NCBI GenBank assembly: GCA_037447605.1
Contig: CM074805.1
Span: 1,149,361 to 1,213,360, forward strand
DNA: 64,000 nucleotides
Source: Zygnema circumcarinatum SAG 698-1b
Taxonomy: Eukaryota > Plantae > Zygnematophyceae
Reading direction: 5' to 3'
The first letter of the stretch is position 1. The number at the start of each line of letters is the position of its first letter. Positions 61,415 to 64,000 of the stretch are shown piece after piece. The notes below the pieces were generated by a model that was given only the letters and a program-made list of their open reading frames with translations, was not told the origin of the DNA and ran no database searches. Made by a program: the position numbers and the translations under genes.

Positions 61415-61505
61415 GGTCCTTTGCGACCAGTTCTTCGTGGTTCCCCATGCTGATTTTGTCCGTGTACATTTGATGGCCTCGCCATCGTGAGATCAATGCC
61501 ACATC
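61415..61505 (-). repeat. Dispersed ~90-100 bp intergenic element, copy 3
   Basis: The reverse complement aligns to copy 2 with 7 mismatches in 91 columns plus two 3-nt gaps (hand alignment). Confidence 0.92.
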
Positions 61506-62703
61506 CCCTCTATTGAACATAGCAGACTAAACAAGAATAGGAATAGCGCAGGCTAAACACGAGTTAGAAGCATAAGCAGAAAGAAACGTACGGCAGACGC
61601 AGTAATACTCAACGTTGGGGCATGCATTTCAGACGTACTTTCTGACGACTTGCTCTCTTAGAGCCGTCTGTCCATTCTCTATACGTGCTGTGTCGGAGTT
61701 TCAACCCCGCCACTGCCACCCCTCCTATCACGACTATGGCGGTCGATTCTTAATCACTCGAACACTGGGGGTGGGCTTGCAACAACATCAGTCTACTAAA
61801 CACCACTGTTCATAAATACCAAGCTTTACGGAGATATAGGTCGTCAGAGACCAGGAGATAATAACTTACAAAACGTAACGAGAGCACTTTCTTTAGGATG
61901 CTTGTATTGTAACAAAGCATCTGCTGCTTGGAAGCCACTGACAACCTGAACTGCATGCTGGAAGTGCCTTTCAGATCGTGAGAAAGTTTGAGAGGGAGAG
62001 AGACTCTCGCCCTATTTATATAACCATTGGAAACCAGTTAAACAATTCCTTCTGAGGCTGTCAACAATTGACGCGTCTGTATTAGTAGTGAATTTGTGTA
62101 TCCGCCCCTTCGTTGGCCTATCACGGTTTATGAACTTTGTCTAAAGGGAGTGGGCTATCATCGATGCCCACTTGCATTCGGTCTCTCCGGAATTTTCGAA
62201 GTGAATTTACAGCACTTCCTATCCTACCTTAACCTTCAAGACAGTATACACCTCTTGCCAAATGCGCAAAGTCATCGAGTTACTTGTAATGGGTTACTTA
62301 GACCGCCTAGAATGTTTGTCGAGCTATATAGAATACCAGACACATTCTCGACTTGAAAGAGGGGTCACATCTCTTTGATCACTCACCATCAATCCAAATC
62401 CACTCAAATATACACGATGCAAGAATTCAATTAGAGTATAATCAAAGTCTGAGCGACCCTCAGAAGGCCACAAAACTCAGTAACAACAGCACATGGCTGA
62501 AAGATCCTCCATCTCACAAATAATCTAGAGCAAAATAAGCCATTATTGGTTGGAATGTAAGAACCGAAAAAATCGGAGTCCCCAGGCATGCAGGACACAA
62601 GAATAATTAAGAGCTGAAACTAGAATCGAGTTACTGAATGGCGTAAACCCGCTATATACCATAGACAAGAATATTCTCTGCCACGACAATAATAAAAGGC
62701 CAA

Positions 62704-64000
<1,297 letters not shown>

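Overview
Eukaryotic, intron-rich nuclear DNA, most likely from a streptophyte green alga. The plant-type sucrose synthase, WRKY and DNMT3-DUF3444 genes, the 9-exon UGD and the high gene density point that way; the taxon is an inference. I assembled 11 protein-coding genes by hand from GT(GC)-AG junctions: a 5'-truncated meiotic axis gene of the ASY3/SYCP2/Red1 family (+), a membrane-anchored bacterial-type GT4 glycosyltransferase with an unidentified C-terminal half (-), UDP-glucose dehydrogenase (-), a plastid-targeted Mpv17/PMP22 protein (-), WDR3/UTP12 (-), sucrose synthase (+), an atypical WRKY (-), serine:glyoxylate aminotransferase (-), a DNMT3-type methyltransferase with DUF3444 (-), a small two-TM protein (-) and a 5'-truncated alpha-tubulin (-). 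The strongest leads are four. (1) The ASY3 orthologue keeps the SYCP2/Red1-type ARM-PH N-terminus that angiosperm ASY3 lacks. (2) A ~90-100 bp dispersed element occurs four times, each time in or beside a CpG-rich promoter-like island. (3) The GT4 fusion protein has no obvious plant precedent. (4) The WRKY domain is a WHKYGQK / CX7C-X23-HXH hybrid. No tRNA, rRNA, CRISPR array or autonomous transposon was recognised. All family assignments come from remembered motifs and no database search was run.
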